DNA from: Promethearchaeota archaeon
GTDB lineage: Archaea > Asgardarchaeota > Lokiarchaeia > Sigyniarchaeales > SOKP01
Direction of reading: 5' to 3'
NCBI GenBank assembly: GCA_029838195.1
Contig: JALGVJ010000007.1
Coordinates: 32,001-96,000, forward strand
DNA: 64,000 nt
The notes under the pieces are model-generated. The model searched no databases and had not been told where the DNA came from. It saw only the letters and a list, made by a program, of their open reading frames with translations. Made by a program: the position numbers and the translations under genes. How positions within the stretch are numbered: position 1 is the first letter of the stretch; the number at the start of each line of letters is the position of its first letter. Positions 10,240-19,899 of the stretch are shown here, in pieces.

Positions 10240-11424
10240 TCATGGATTTTCTTCTTTTAATTTTTCTTCAATCCGCCTTTTCTCTTGTTCCAGTATTTTC
10301 CTTTCCTTATCTTGGAGTTCTTTTTTTTTTAATTCCAACTCTACTTGAGCAAGCATTCTTTCTTTCTCAAGCAATTCTTCTTTATGTCTTAATGCTTTTT
10401 CTTTCTCGTTTAATTCTTTTTCCTCTAATGCTTTTTCCCTTGCTTTGAGTTCAATTTTTTTCTTTTTTAATTCAAGTTCTTTTTTTTTCAATTCTAATTC
10501 TTTTTCTCTTATTTCTTGTTCTCGTCGACTTAATTCTTCAGAATCTAACTCAAGAACTTGATTTTCTTTAATCTCACTTTCTTTTTTATCAGGGCTGACG
10601 ATATCTTTTTTAGCCGCTACTGTATCTTCAGATTTTATTAGAGGTTCTTTGGTTCCTTCCTCTACTTTAATAATTTTTTCCTCTTCATCCTTTTCTTTAA
10701 TAGCGTGAGGGACTTCCTCTTTCCTTCCTACTTTTTCTTCGATTAATTGCTCTTTTTTTGTTTTAGGTTCTTCTTCTAAAATTTTATCAATTTTTTCCAC
10801 GGATACAATTGATTTTAGAATATTATCAATTTTTTCTTTTAAGGCTTCGTTATCGGGATTTTTTTTAAGAAAATTTGTCAATATTTTGGTAATGAGCGAC
10901 GGCGATTTATTTCCTATGATTTTTAATAATTGGATTGTCTTATTAACTACAAAATCTTTTTCATCATTCAATTTCTCAACTATATTCATTAAAAGCTTTT
11001 CATCTTCGATTCTAGTATTTCCACCTTCAATAAAAATTAATAGTTGTAGTAAAGCTTCTCTTACATTGGGATCTTCGGAATTCAATAATTCTTCTGCATA
11101 AGGAAAAAATAAATTTGCCTCATTCTCACACATGGATTTCAATAATAATAAAAAGGAATACCGTAGGAGTGAATCTTTTTTCGATAAGTGATTCAATAAA
11201 TATGGAATGTCTATGATTAAATGTTCTATGAGAAATCGTAAGACCGTCCGTCCTGCGAATTCCTTTAATATGGTTTCAATAACATTTTCCATGCGTTCAA
11301 TATAATCCTCTTCAGTAGCCTGATTGAGATACGCTCCTATTTCTTTTACAGCATCATCGATTCTTCCTTCCTTTACAATTTCTTGAATATTTTTCATTTC
11401 TTTTGCATCTTTATTACTGATCAT
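10240..11424 (-). CDS. HEAT/ARM-repeat protein with acidic linker and C-terminal coiled coil
   Basis: HEAT motifs LLNSEDPNVREA and KLNDEKDFVV; E/K/L heptad tail; GGGAG RBS. Confidence 0.75.
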   Translation of the reverse strand: MISNKDAKEMKNIQEIVKEGRIDDAVKEIGAYLNQATEEDYIERMENVIETILKEFAGRTVLRFLIEHLIIDIPYLLNHLSKKDSLLRYSFLLLLKSMCENEANLFFPYAEELLNSEDPNVREALLQLLIFIEGGNTRIEDEKLLMNIVEKLNDEKDFVVNKTIQLLKIIGNKSPSLITKILTNFLKKNPDNEALKEKIDNILKSIVSVEKIDKILEEEPKTKKEQLIEEKVGRKEEVPHAIKEKDEEEKIIKVEEGTKEPLIKSEDTVAAKKDIVSPDKKESEIKENQVLELDSEELSRREQEIREKELELKKKELELKKKKIELKAREKALEEKELNEKEKALRHKEELLEKERMLAQVELELKKKELQDKERKILEQEKRRIEEKLKEENP

Positions 11425-11461
11425 GAATTAAATCTCCCCTTTCTCATAAATTTTAAAAATT

Positions 11462-12485
11462 TTATTTTTTTTCCACTAAATAATCTTCTAAATTTACAAC
11501 ATAATAATCTTGGTAAATTCTGTTCACAAAATCAAATATTGTACGTAAATCTCTAAATTTAATGGGTACCCTCCTTTTATTATTATCATAACTAGGAGAT
11601 GTGGGTATGATATTTAATTTTATCTGTAAATTATTATTTTGATCATGAATTAAATTAATCTCTTCACAAATAAAAGATAATTTCTCGATATCATTCGCAA
11701 ACTCTCCCAAAAAATACTGATCATATTTCGAATTTTCTTCAAACAAACCATTATTCGACACCTTTACTAATATCTCACGAGGTATTTTCGTAATTAATTC
11801 CACGCGCTCATCAGGAATTAATCGTAATAAAACATCGGGATAATGAACAGAACAATAAAAATATATAAGCCCATGAAGTAATTCTAAGGAATAGATGACT
11901 TCTCGATTGGCATTGCATAATGCATAATTTTTATTCAAGAATAAAACATGAATACGATCTTCAAAAAAGAAAATTAAATAATTTTTTTCTTCTGTTAGGT
12001 AGTATTTAAAATTCTCTTTCTCAACATGAATTCTATGGTCAAATATTTCAAAAGCATAGTCCCATTGTTTAAAAGCAATAAATTTATTTAATTTTCTATA
12101 ATCTCCGTGAAAGAATACGTCAAAAAAATCAACTATGTATAAATACGTGTCATGAGGGAAATATATAACGGTTTTACCTCTAAATTGCCTTTCAATAATG
12201 CCCTTCTGGATCTTATAACAAAATTTTGGGATATCCTCTATTTTTAAACCACTCTTGATGCGCAAATTGAGTAAAAAGCGTCTTGTACAAGAGGGTGTAA
12301 GAGTGCAAGCAATTTTAGACATGGAGTTAATAATCACATGAAGCATGTGCCATTCTATCTATTTGGCACTCTTCGAAACACAACTTGTCAATTCGCTTTA
12401 TCAATAATTCCAACAGCTCAGAATTATACTTCTCATTATAAGAAGTTTCTAAAAAATTTAACAAGTGGTTTGGTTCCAGCGGCAT
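11462..12485 (-). CDS. Intron-split hypothetical Cys-cluster protein, join(12355..12485, 11462..12314), 327 aa predicted after splicing
   Basis: Exon 1 (ATG 12485) reads MPLEPNHLLN...LCFEECQIDR, and exon 2 continues IACTLTPSCTRRF in the +1 frame. Removing 40 nt gives 131+853=984 nt open. The ORF-track start (12346) lies inside the insertion. Confidence 0.8.
12315..12354 (-). other. Putative bulge-helix-bulge (EndA-type) intron, 40 nt, in a protein-coding gene
   Basis: Central 4-bp helix AGAU/GUCU; 3-nt bulges AGA and AAA on opposite strands; intron-side helix AUGG/CCAU; exon-side helices AAU/AUU and AAGAGUGC/GCACUCUU; internal hairpin CACAUG-CUU-CAUGUG. Confidence 0.78.
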
Positions 12486-12810
12486 GATAGAGGATTTTAA
12501 ATGTAATTAAGATTATAATTTATAATCTATTTCATGATAATTTATTGAATAATAATTAATCTATTTTATGATAGGAAATCCTTTATCAAAAAATTTTAAT
12601 AACATCGCCCCATTCCGTTTTCTTGCTTATTTCAATCCTATATTGTTCCAATTAACGGGGACTCTAATTAAATGCATTATAAAACAAGTTAAATTATTTC
12701 AAATCTCCGATCTCCAACATTTTGAATTCAAATACTTATATTTTTTTACTTTTTTAACTTTTATTAAGTAAAAAGAGTCAAATTCGAAAAAAGCATAAAT
12801 TAAAGGGGTC

Positions 12811-14292
12811 ATGCTGAGACAAGTTCACGTGTTTCATGAAGGGAAGCATCTATTTACCCATAGTCTTGCTTTAGGTTTTGGAAAAGAAGAATTGGATAAA
12901 GTAAAAGAAGTAATTGACGAATATATCTCTTACCCAATTCCAGGGAAAACACATCATCGACCTCTTTCTAACTACCAGATTTTTCACCAAGGAAAAGGAA
13001 ATATATATTTTTTATTTGTTGCGGATTTAATTGACTCTATTAATTACATGGAAAAATTAGTTAATAGAACTTTAGAAAAGTTTTCGGAACTCTTTTCGGA
13101 TCCCTTAGAAATTCAACAACAATTAGAAAAAAGGGAAAAATTTATCGCCTTCCTTAATGATCTACAGAAAGAAATGCATTCTAAAATTGCTATAGCAGGA
13201 CCGATTAAATCCGGCAAAACCACTCTCTATAATCTTCTGAAGAGTGGAGAAGAAAGAACACTCATGAATTTTGCAAAGATATCTAATTTTGTAATTAGTA
13301 ATTTAACCTTTGATTTTTGGGATTTTCAACTGCAAGATAATTTTTCATTGCTATGGTCAAAATTTTTAAGCGGCTCAGACCTTATCATTTTATTAATTGA
13401 TGTATCTAATTATAATCTCAAAATTATCAATCATTTTTTGAGTTTTCAAAAAAAAGAAGCTCGATTTTCAAAATTCCTTTTCCTTGCCAACAAGATTGAT
13501 TTAATCAAGAACGTAGAAATCGAATTAGAAAAAATTAAAAAAGATTTAAAAATAAAGGAGTTGATATCCATATCTCTTTCTGAAAACGGCGCAATAAAAA
13601 AAGTCACGACCGCTATCCGAAATACTTTAGGATTAAAAGAAGTGCTTCCGGAGAATTTCGAAACTCTCATGAAAGAAGCTGAGCAATTAGAAAAGGAGCA
13701 TAAATTTGTCTCTGCCATAGCTAAATATAAAAATCTCATCCAAATTTGTAATAGAGTACAAGATTTCTCATATATTAATAACTTTAGGCAAAAAGTAGAA
13801 GAATTAACTGAAAAATTACGGCAAACCGTCGAAAAGAAAAAAGAACAAGAAAAAAAAATTAAATTTGAAGTCCCCGAGCAAATACAATTTAAATATAGAG
13901 TTAAAACAAAATCTCTGCCTCAATCTACTCCTAAAGCGGCAACGACGCTTCAAGAAAAAACGCAACAATCCCCACCGCCATCTAAATTTAAATCCAAATT
14001 AAAACCTTCAGATTTCATTATCGATCTCGAGCCTTTAAGAAAAGACGAAATGATTAAAAAGAAGATAATAGAAACTTCTCATAAAAAAATTGTCCCTGTA
14101 AAGCCGGAGGACTTAAAAAGTGAGGAAGATTATCCAAAAGCACTGCAAAGAATGATATCAAATAGAGGCAGTTATTTAAGTTTAAATTTAACTAAACAAT
14201 ATTTAGAGGAAGTTAAAGAAATCCTCGGCAGGCCCCTGACATTTGAGGACTTGCTAAATTTAGCAGATCAATTCGTTCAGAAGGATCAATAA
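12811..14292 (+). CDS. Longin-like domain + Ras-superfamily (Arf/Rab-like) GTPase + helical/low-complexity C-terminus
   Basis: P-loop GPIKSGKTT, degenerate G3 WDFQ, G4 NKID. N-terminal ~120 aa have a longin-like pattern. Confidence 0.8.
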   Translation: MLRQVHVFHEGKHLFTHSLALGFGKEELDKVKEVIDEYISYPIPGKTHHRPLSNYQIFHQGKGNIYFLFVADLIDSINYMEKLVNRTLEKFSELFSDPLEIQQQLEKREKFIAFLNDLQKEMHSKIAIAGPIKSGKTTLYNLLKSGEERTLMNFAKISNFVISNLTFDFWDFQLQDNFSLLWSKFLSGSDLIILLIDVSNYNLKIINHFLSFQKKEARFSKFLFLANKIDLIKNVEIELEKIKKDLKIKELISISLSENGAIKKVTTAIRNTLGLKEVLPENFETLMKEAEQLEKEHKFVSAIAKYKNLIQICNRVQDFSYINNFRQKVEELTEKLRQTVEKKKEQEKKIKFEVPEQIQFKYRVKTKSLPQSTPKAATTLQEKTQQSPPPSKFKSKLKPSDFIIDLEPLRKDEMIKKKIIETSHKKIVPVKPEDLKSEEDYPKALQRMISNRGSYLSLNLTKQYLEEVKEILGRPLTFEDLLNLADQFVQKDQ

Positions 14293-14400
14293 AAAAAATG
14301 TATTGTTAATCCTAAAAAACATTAATTTTCTACCCCCAATAAACATTCTCATTGTATCTACGTATTAAACAGGAAAATTTTTTCTTGTAGGTAACCAAAC

Positions 14401-15240
14401 ATGTCAGCGGCACTTGAGATAAGAAAAATTGCAATAATTTATTTTTCTCCCACAGGCAATACTGGAATAATCGCAGAGGAAATTTACCGGCAATTGATGT
14501 CCGCTAATGTTAGGGTGGATTTAATTGATATAACTATTCCTAAAAATCGAGAAAATCTTTCCAATTTATTTAATCATGATTTTATTATTTTTGGGTTTCC
14601 CATCTATTATAGACGAGCCCCTCAATTAATTAGAACATGGATAAGGACTTTGAAAAAAAAAGAAAGAAAATGTGCTGTTTACTTTACCTATGGTGGCGTG
14701 ACAACTGGTGTTGCACTTCAAGACATGGCGTGCCTCTTAATGGACCGTGGATTTGGTTTATTAGCCGCGGCTGAATTTTTAGGTCAACATACTTTCAACC
14801 TCGCGGGATGGAATTTAATGAAAGATCGACCGAATGAAGAAGATAAAAACTTGGCAAGAACATTTGCTCGTGAAATTTTGAATAAACTTGTCGACAAGAA
14901 TACTAAACCGATATGTTTTGAACCCCTTTCGGAGCAGGAGAATAAAAAATTTGATAAGAAATCTCGATCCACAAGAAGAATAATACCAATACCCTATATC
15001 ATTCCAAAAGAATGCGTGAATTGTGGAAATTGTGAAACACATTGCCCAACGGGAGCAATTAATATCGAAAAATTCGAGATTAACAGGAAAAGTTGTATTA
15101 GATGCCTTAAATGCATGACCCTTTGCCCAGAAAATGCTATTAAAATAAAGAACATGAGTAAATTATTGGAATTCCTTAAAACACGACATGACTTATCAGA
15201 AATAACTTTAGGTAAAAAAAAAAGCAAGCTCTATTTGTAA
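14401..15240 (+). CDS. EFR1-family flavodoxin + 2x[4Fe-4S] ferredoxin protein
   Basis: YFSPTGNT, GFPIY, CVNCGNCETHCP, CIRCLKCMTLCP. Confidence 0.9.
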   Translation: MSAALEIRKIAIIYFSPTGNTGIIAEEIYRQLMSANVRVDLIDITIPKNRENLSNLFNHDFIIFGFPIYYRRAPQLIRTWIRTLKKKERKCAVYFTYGGVTTGVALQDMACLLMDRGFGLLAAAEFLGQHTFNLAGWNLMKDRPNEEDKNLARTFAREILNKLVDKNTKPICFEPLSEQENKKFDKKSRSTRRIIPIPYIIPKECVNCGNCETHCPTGAINIEKFEINRKSCIRCLKCMTLCPENAIKIKNMSKLLEFLKTRHDLSEITLGKKKSKLYL

Positions 15241-15712
15241 AAATTCCAATCATGGTTATAAATTATAAGCAGTATTTCTATTCCCGTATTTAATTAATAG
15301 AAAAATTTTCCTTTTTCCTAATATAAGGTGAGCTAACTGATTTATAGATACTAAAGTTATTATTAATATCAATTTATTTTTTTTAAAAAAATGGTTCCAC
15401 TGAGTAAACGCTAAAATGAGTTATTTTCATGAATTTATAACTCATGAAGATAATTTTTAACAAGATCTCATGATAAATTAAATTAAAGAATTTAACGTAG
15501 GGATTTCAGATAGAAAATTAAGTGAGAAACCGACCCATGATATGAACTGCTGGTAATTTTGTTTCTTTATTCCTAAAAATTAGTAAGTTTAAGTGCCTTA
15601 AATCATGATATGATTTATAGGAATTAACTTGAAATTAATAAAACAACATCTAAATCAGAAGGATCGCTTATATAACCATCTTGAATTGAACATATTCATG
15701 AGTAGATGAAAA

Positions 15713-17206
15713 ATGAGTAAAATCCCTGAGTTAAGAGAACATTTCAGTAAAATAATGACTTTAAAATATATCTATAACGTGCTTGATTACGACCAGCAGG
15801 TATTCATGCCGAAAGGCTCCGTTAAAGGAAGAGCCGAACAAATTGCCCTCATTCAAGAACTCATCCATGAGATGATAATCGCACCCAAAACTACATCTCT
15901 TATTGAACGAGCTGAAAAAATTCCCAATTTAGAGCTCATCGATGCTGCAGTTCTAAGAGAAGCAAAAAGGGAGCATGAACAAGCTATTCGATTACCCGGT
16001 AAATTGGTAAAAGAAATTGCAAAAACCTCTTCTTTAGGCCATCAAGCATGGGAAACCGCCCGAGAAAAAAATGATTTTAAGATTTTTAAACCCTTATTAG
16101 AAAGAATGATTGAATTACAAATAGAAAAAGCAGAAAAACTTGAAACCCATCCCTCCTTATATTCCACCTTGATTGACCTCTACGAACCCGGGGCCACCCA
16201 TGAATGGCTAGAAAATATTTTTAAAAAGCTTAAAAAGCACTTGATTAGAATTTTAACTGCATTAGAAAATGCACCTGATAAACCCGATGATTCCATTCTA
16301 AAAAAACACTACGATAAGGAAAAGCAATGGAAATTTAGTTTAGAAATCTTGAAAAAATTGAATTTCAATTTTAACCACGGACGTCAAGATCTATCCGCTC
16401 ATCCCTTCACATCTTCTTTATCTTCCGTTGATGTCCGAATAACTACGCGGATTTGGGAAAACTTTCTCCCCGCTTGCCTCTTCGGAGCCATTCATGAATG
16501 CGGTCATGCCCTTTATGAAATGAACTTAATGGAAGAAATTCACTCCACGAATTTGGCCATGGGCACCTCAATGGGCATGCATGAAGCCATGTCTCGATTA
16601 CATGAAAATATTCTCGGAAGAAGTAAAGAATTTTGGACTTATTGGTACCCCAAATTACAATCTTATTTCCCAGAACATCTCAAAAATTTTCCAGAATCTG
16701 AATTTTATCGTGCAATTAACGTGGTAAAACCTTCCTTGATTAGAGTAGAAGCAGACGAGGTTACCTATGGCCTTCATATCATTTTACGATTTGAATTGGA
16801 GAAAATGTTAATTGAAAATAATCTCTCGGTGGATGAAATACCCGAAACATGGAATGATAAATCGGAAGAATTATTAGGAATAAAACCGCCAAATGATTCT
16901 CTGGGCGTTCTCCAAGACGTGCATTGGTCTGCGGGCTTCTTCGGATACTTCCCAACGTATAGTTTAGGAAATCTCTATGCCTCTCAAATTCATGCCACCC
17001 TCCTCAAAAACCATCCTGATTTACCCGAAAAGATTAAAAATGGAGATTATTCTATATTGTTTACCTTTCTTAAAGAAAATGTATTTCAATACGGCAAGAT
17101 CTTTCACCCTAGAGAATTATTAATAAGAATAACCGGAGAAGATTTAAACCCAAGCCATTTCGTTCACTATTTAGAAAAAAAATTTTACCCTATTCATAGC
17201 ATTTGA
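15713..17206 (+). CDS. Carboxypeptidase, M32 family (Taq-like)
   Basis: HPF, DVRITTR, HECGH, IRVEADE, LQDVHW, GYFPTYSLG motifs. Confidence 0.95.
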   Translation: MSKIPELREHFSKIMTLKYIYNVLDYDQQVFMPKGSVKGRAEQIALIQELIHEMIIAPKTTSLIERAEKIPNLELIDAAVLREAKREHEQAIRLPGKLVKEIAKTSSLGHQAWETAREKNDFKIFKPLLERMIELQIEKAEKLETHPSLYSTLIDLYEPGATHEWLENIFKKLKKHLIRILTALENAPDKPDDSILKKHYDKEKQWKFSLEILKKLNFNFNHGRQDLSAHPFTSSLSSVDVRITTRIWENFLPACLFGAIHECGHALYEMNLMEEIHSTNLAMGTSMGMHEAMSRLHENILGRSKEFWTYWYPKLQSYFPEHLKNFPESEFYRAINVVKPSLIRVEADEVTYGLHIILRFELEKMLIENNLSVDEIPETWNDKSEELLGIKPPNDSLGVLQDVHWSAGFFGYFPTYSLGNLYASQIHATLLKNHPDLPEKIKNGDYSILFTFLKENVFQYGKIFHPRELLIRITGEDLNPSHFVHYLEKKFYPIHSI

Positions 17207-17338
17207 TGCTATCATCCTTTCCTTGCGAATTTATCTATTTAGCAAAATCTTTACTTTTTATATTCGCAAATCACAAGAGCTTTTTAAAATCCCTCCTTGA
17301 AATAAATATTTATATATTGTAAGAAATAATGGAAAATT

Positions 17339-18778
17339 ATGGAAGAAAAAATAAATCTCCCCGAAGAAATCGTACCTCGAAAATCAAAATTAGCATTCGC
17401 TTTCGGAGGACTCGCAAATGACATTTTAAACGGATTTGTATTCTCAAATATCACGTTTTATTATAATACTAAGCTTGGACTTGATGCTACTCTCCTTGGA
17501 ATTGCGTGGTTGATTTTTGCTATATGGAACACGCTAAATGACCCACTTATCTCTTATATAATTGATAATACCCGGACAAAATTAGGCCGGCGAATTCCAT
17601 ACATCCGTTATGGAAGTTTTCTCTATGGTGCGGCCTTTATTTTTTGTTGGTTTCCCATTGCGCCCATTGGAAATGATATCGGTCTTTTCTTTAATTTTTT
17701 AGCCGCACTTTTCATCTTAGATACAATGTTCACATTCGTGGGATGTTGCTTTTTTTCGCTACCAAATGAAATAGCAATTACTGCCAAGCAAAGGGGTAGT
17801 ATCGTGGTATATCGAACAATTATTGGATTCATTAATACAATCTTAGGAGTCGTTTTACCCATCATGCTTTTAACAGGACAAGAAGGCATTCCTGATATCT
17901 TTTATATTAGCACTATCATTATTGGAGTTGGATCAGCATTATTACTATATTTCACTTCATTTTTTTATAAAGAGAACATTTTTGCTCAATTACAGCCACA
18001 TGAACCCTTTATTGAAGGGTTGAGATTAACTCTTAAAAACAAACCTTTTTGGATTTATGCCATTCCCGCCTTCTTGATTACTCTTGTATATCCTGTTTTC
18101 TCTACAGGCTTGTTATATTACGTGGATTACGTTGTTATCGGGCAGGACATCATGATTTTCCTCATTATATTTCTCTTGTCTATTATAGGAGGTTCACTAT
18201 TTTTTCCCCGAAAAATCGAGGCATGGGGGGGTAAAAGATTAATGATGTACAGTTTATTGATGATATCCGTGGGTTTTGGGATTCTTTTTTTCATTGGACG
18301 TAATGCGATGCTGGCTATTATTCCTTTTGTCGTAATTGGGTTTTTCTTTGCCGGAGCGTCTATAGCTAATGGCATTCTTATAGGAGATGTAATCGACAAC
18401 GATGAACTTATTACTGGTAAGCGGAGAGAAGCTATATACGGGGGTGTTAACGCAATTATTACAAAGCCGGCTATCTCTCTCGCCAATTGGATGTTTTTAT
18501 CAACGCTAACCCTTTTTAATTTTCAAGAACCAATGATCGTAAATGGAATAGCCGTGAAACAACCGCAAACAGATCTGGGTATTACAGGAATCTTAGTTGC
18601 TTTTTGCCTTTTACCGGCTTTTTTTATTAGTCTAGGTGCCTTGGCTGTTCATTGGTTTCCGTTGGAAGGATCTGAATGGCTAAAGAAAAAAGCTTATCTC
18701 ATGAAATTACACGAACAAAAAGAACGGGAATATTTAGAGCAAATAACAAAACAGAAGCCTTTCATGAACAAAGGGTGA
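17339..18778 (+). CDS. MFS GPH-family sugar transporter
   Basis: WNTLNDP, TRTKLGRRIPY, DELITGKRREAIYGG; ~12 TMs. Confidence 0.9.
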   Translation: MEEKINLPEEIVPRKSKLAFAFGGLANDILNGFVFSNITFYYNTKLGLDATLLGIAWLIFAIWNTLNDPLISYIIDNTRTKLGRRIPYIRYGSFLYGAAFIFCWFPIAPIGNDIGLFFNFLAALFILDTMFTFVGCCFFSLPNEIAITAKQRGSIVVYRTIIGFINTILGVVLPIMLLTGQEGIPDIFYISTIIIGVGSALLLYFTSFFYKENIFAQLQPHEPFIEGLRLTLKNKPFWIYAIPAFLITLVYPVFSTGLLYYVDYVVIGQDIMIFLIIFLLSIIGGSLFFPRKIEAWGGKRLMMYSLLMISVGFGILFFIGRNAMLAIIPFVVIGFFFAGASIANGILIGDVIDNDELITGKRREAIYGGVNAIITKPAISLANWMFLSTLTLFNFQEPMIVNGIAVKQPQTDLGITGILVAFCLLPAFFISLGALAVHWFPLEGSEWLKKKAYLMKLHEQKEREYLEQITKQKPFMNKG

Positions 18779-19032
18779 TGAAAAGATTCATAATTCTTCA
18801 TTTATTAATGAAATTATCCTAAAAAAGAAAGTTTTATTTTTTTTTTAAAAAGCATTCTAATTAATTTCAGTTAATCAAGTCATTTGGCCTATTAAAATAA
18901 ATCATGTTTAAATACTTTTAATAAAATTATTGTCATATTAACTTTGAATCATAAAATTGGAAAATTTTTTTTTTCAATTATTTAAAAAGAATATTATTTT
19001 TCATGAAAAAAAAAATGAATGAACTAGGACTC

Positions 19033-19899
19033 TCATTCTAATTTACTCCCACATTCTTTACAAAATTTATCTTCTTTCATGATTTCGGCGCCGCAATAAG
19101 GACACGTGATCTTTTCTGCTATGGGTGATTGTTTTAATAAAAGTTGATTAGTGGGCTCGAATGAAGGTTGAAAATCAAGTTTTTCTGGTGATTGAATAGG
19201 AAATGTTTTTTGAGCTCTTAATCCAGCATATCTTATTGCTTTCCTTTTTCTTGCTCTATTACTGAGTACGTGCTCAATAATTTCATTAGGTATGATTAAA
19301 ATTATCATGGTAGTTAAAAAAATTATTCCACTCAGGTAATTTTGGTGAATAAAACTTATTATTGCTGATATTATAAATATAATTAAAATTATTGTTGCAA
19401 TTAAGTTAGATATGATTCTAATTATTTTTTCATTCCGTGTATAATCTTTAAATTTAACTTTAAATTCTTTGGGGGAAATAGATAAAGTTTCAGTCTCTCT
19501 TTGAAATTCTTTGCTTGAAATTGACGCTTCAGGAATTTCAGCATGTTCTTGTAATTGTAATTGAGGAGAAGGTGGTTGTTGCATTGTTGATTGATGTCGC
19601 TGCATAGATGGTATCTGAAGAGCTGTTTTTTTCTTTCTATCGTTTTGAAGCAACCATTTCTCATATTCCTTCGTCAATTTCCCATCTTTTAAGGGTTGTA
19701 AACTTGTTTCTCGTGTAAAATTTTCTTGATTTTTTGGTGAATCAAGGGTGTAAAGGTATTTCAGATTTTTTTGATGAGTAATAATCGTGTAACTAGTTAT
19801 TAAAATAATAATTATAGGGAGAGCAATATACCAATACGCTATTAATAAAATGAATAGAATTATTAATCCAATGCAACAAAGATAGCAACTACATGGCAT
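19033..19899 (-). CDS. Membrane protein with C-terminal double-CxxC zinc ribbon
   Basis: Cys-rich N-terminal TM hairpin, second TM pair, C-terminal CPYCG...FCKECG. Confidence 0.7.
   Translation of the reverse strand: MPCSCYLCCIGLIILFILLIAYWYIALPIIIILITSYTIITHQKNLKYLYTLDSPKNQENFTRETSLQPLKDGKLTKEYEKWLLQNDRKKKTALQIPSMQRHQSTMQQPPSPQLQLQEHAEIPEASISSKEFQRETETLSISPKEFKVKFKDYTRNEKIIRIISNLIATIILIIFIISAIISFIHQNYLSGIIFLTTMIILIIPNEIIEHVLSNRARKRKAIRYAGLRAQKTFPIQSPEKLDFQPSFEPTNQLLLKQSPIAEKITCPYCGAEIMKEDKFCKECGSKLE

Noticed and set aside
12315-12346. ORF-track start MLHVIINSMSK for the 294-aa ORF
   Set aside because: It lies inside the BHB-bounded insertion; the upstream exon from 12485 gives a better, frame-consistent gene model.
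12327-12360. Simple frameshift pseudogene or programmed +1 frameshift as the explanation of the split gene
   Set aside because: There is no slippery run at the junction, and neither idea explains a BHB whose cut sites restore the frame exactly. Not formally excluded without RNA data.
12568-12771. 67-aa ORF in the divergent promoter region
   Set aside because: AT-rich, F/I/K-biased, no RBS or motif; probably spurious.
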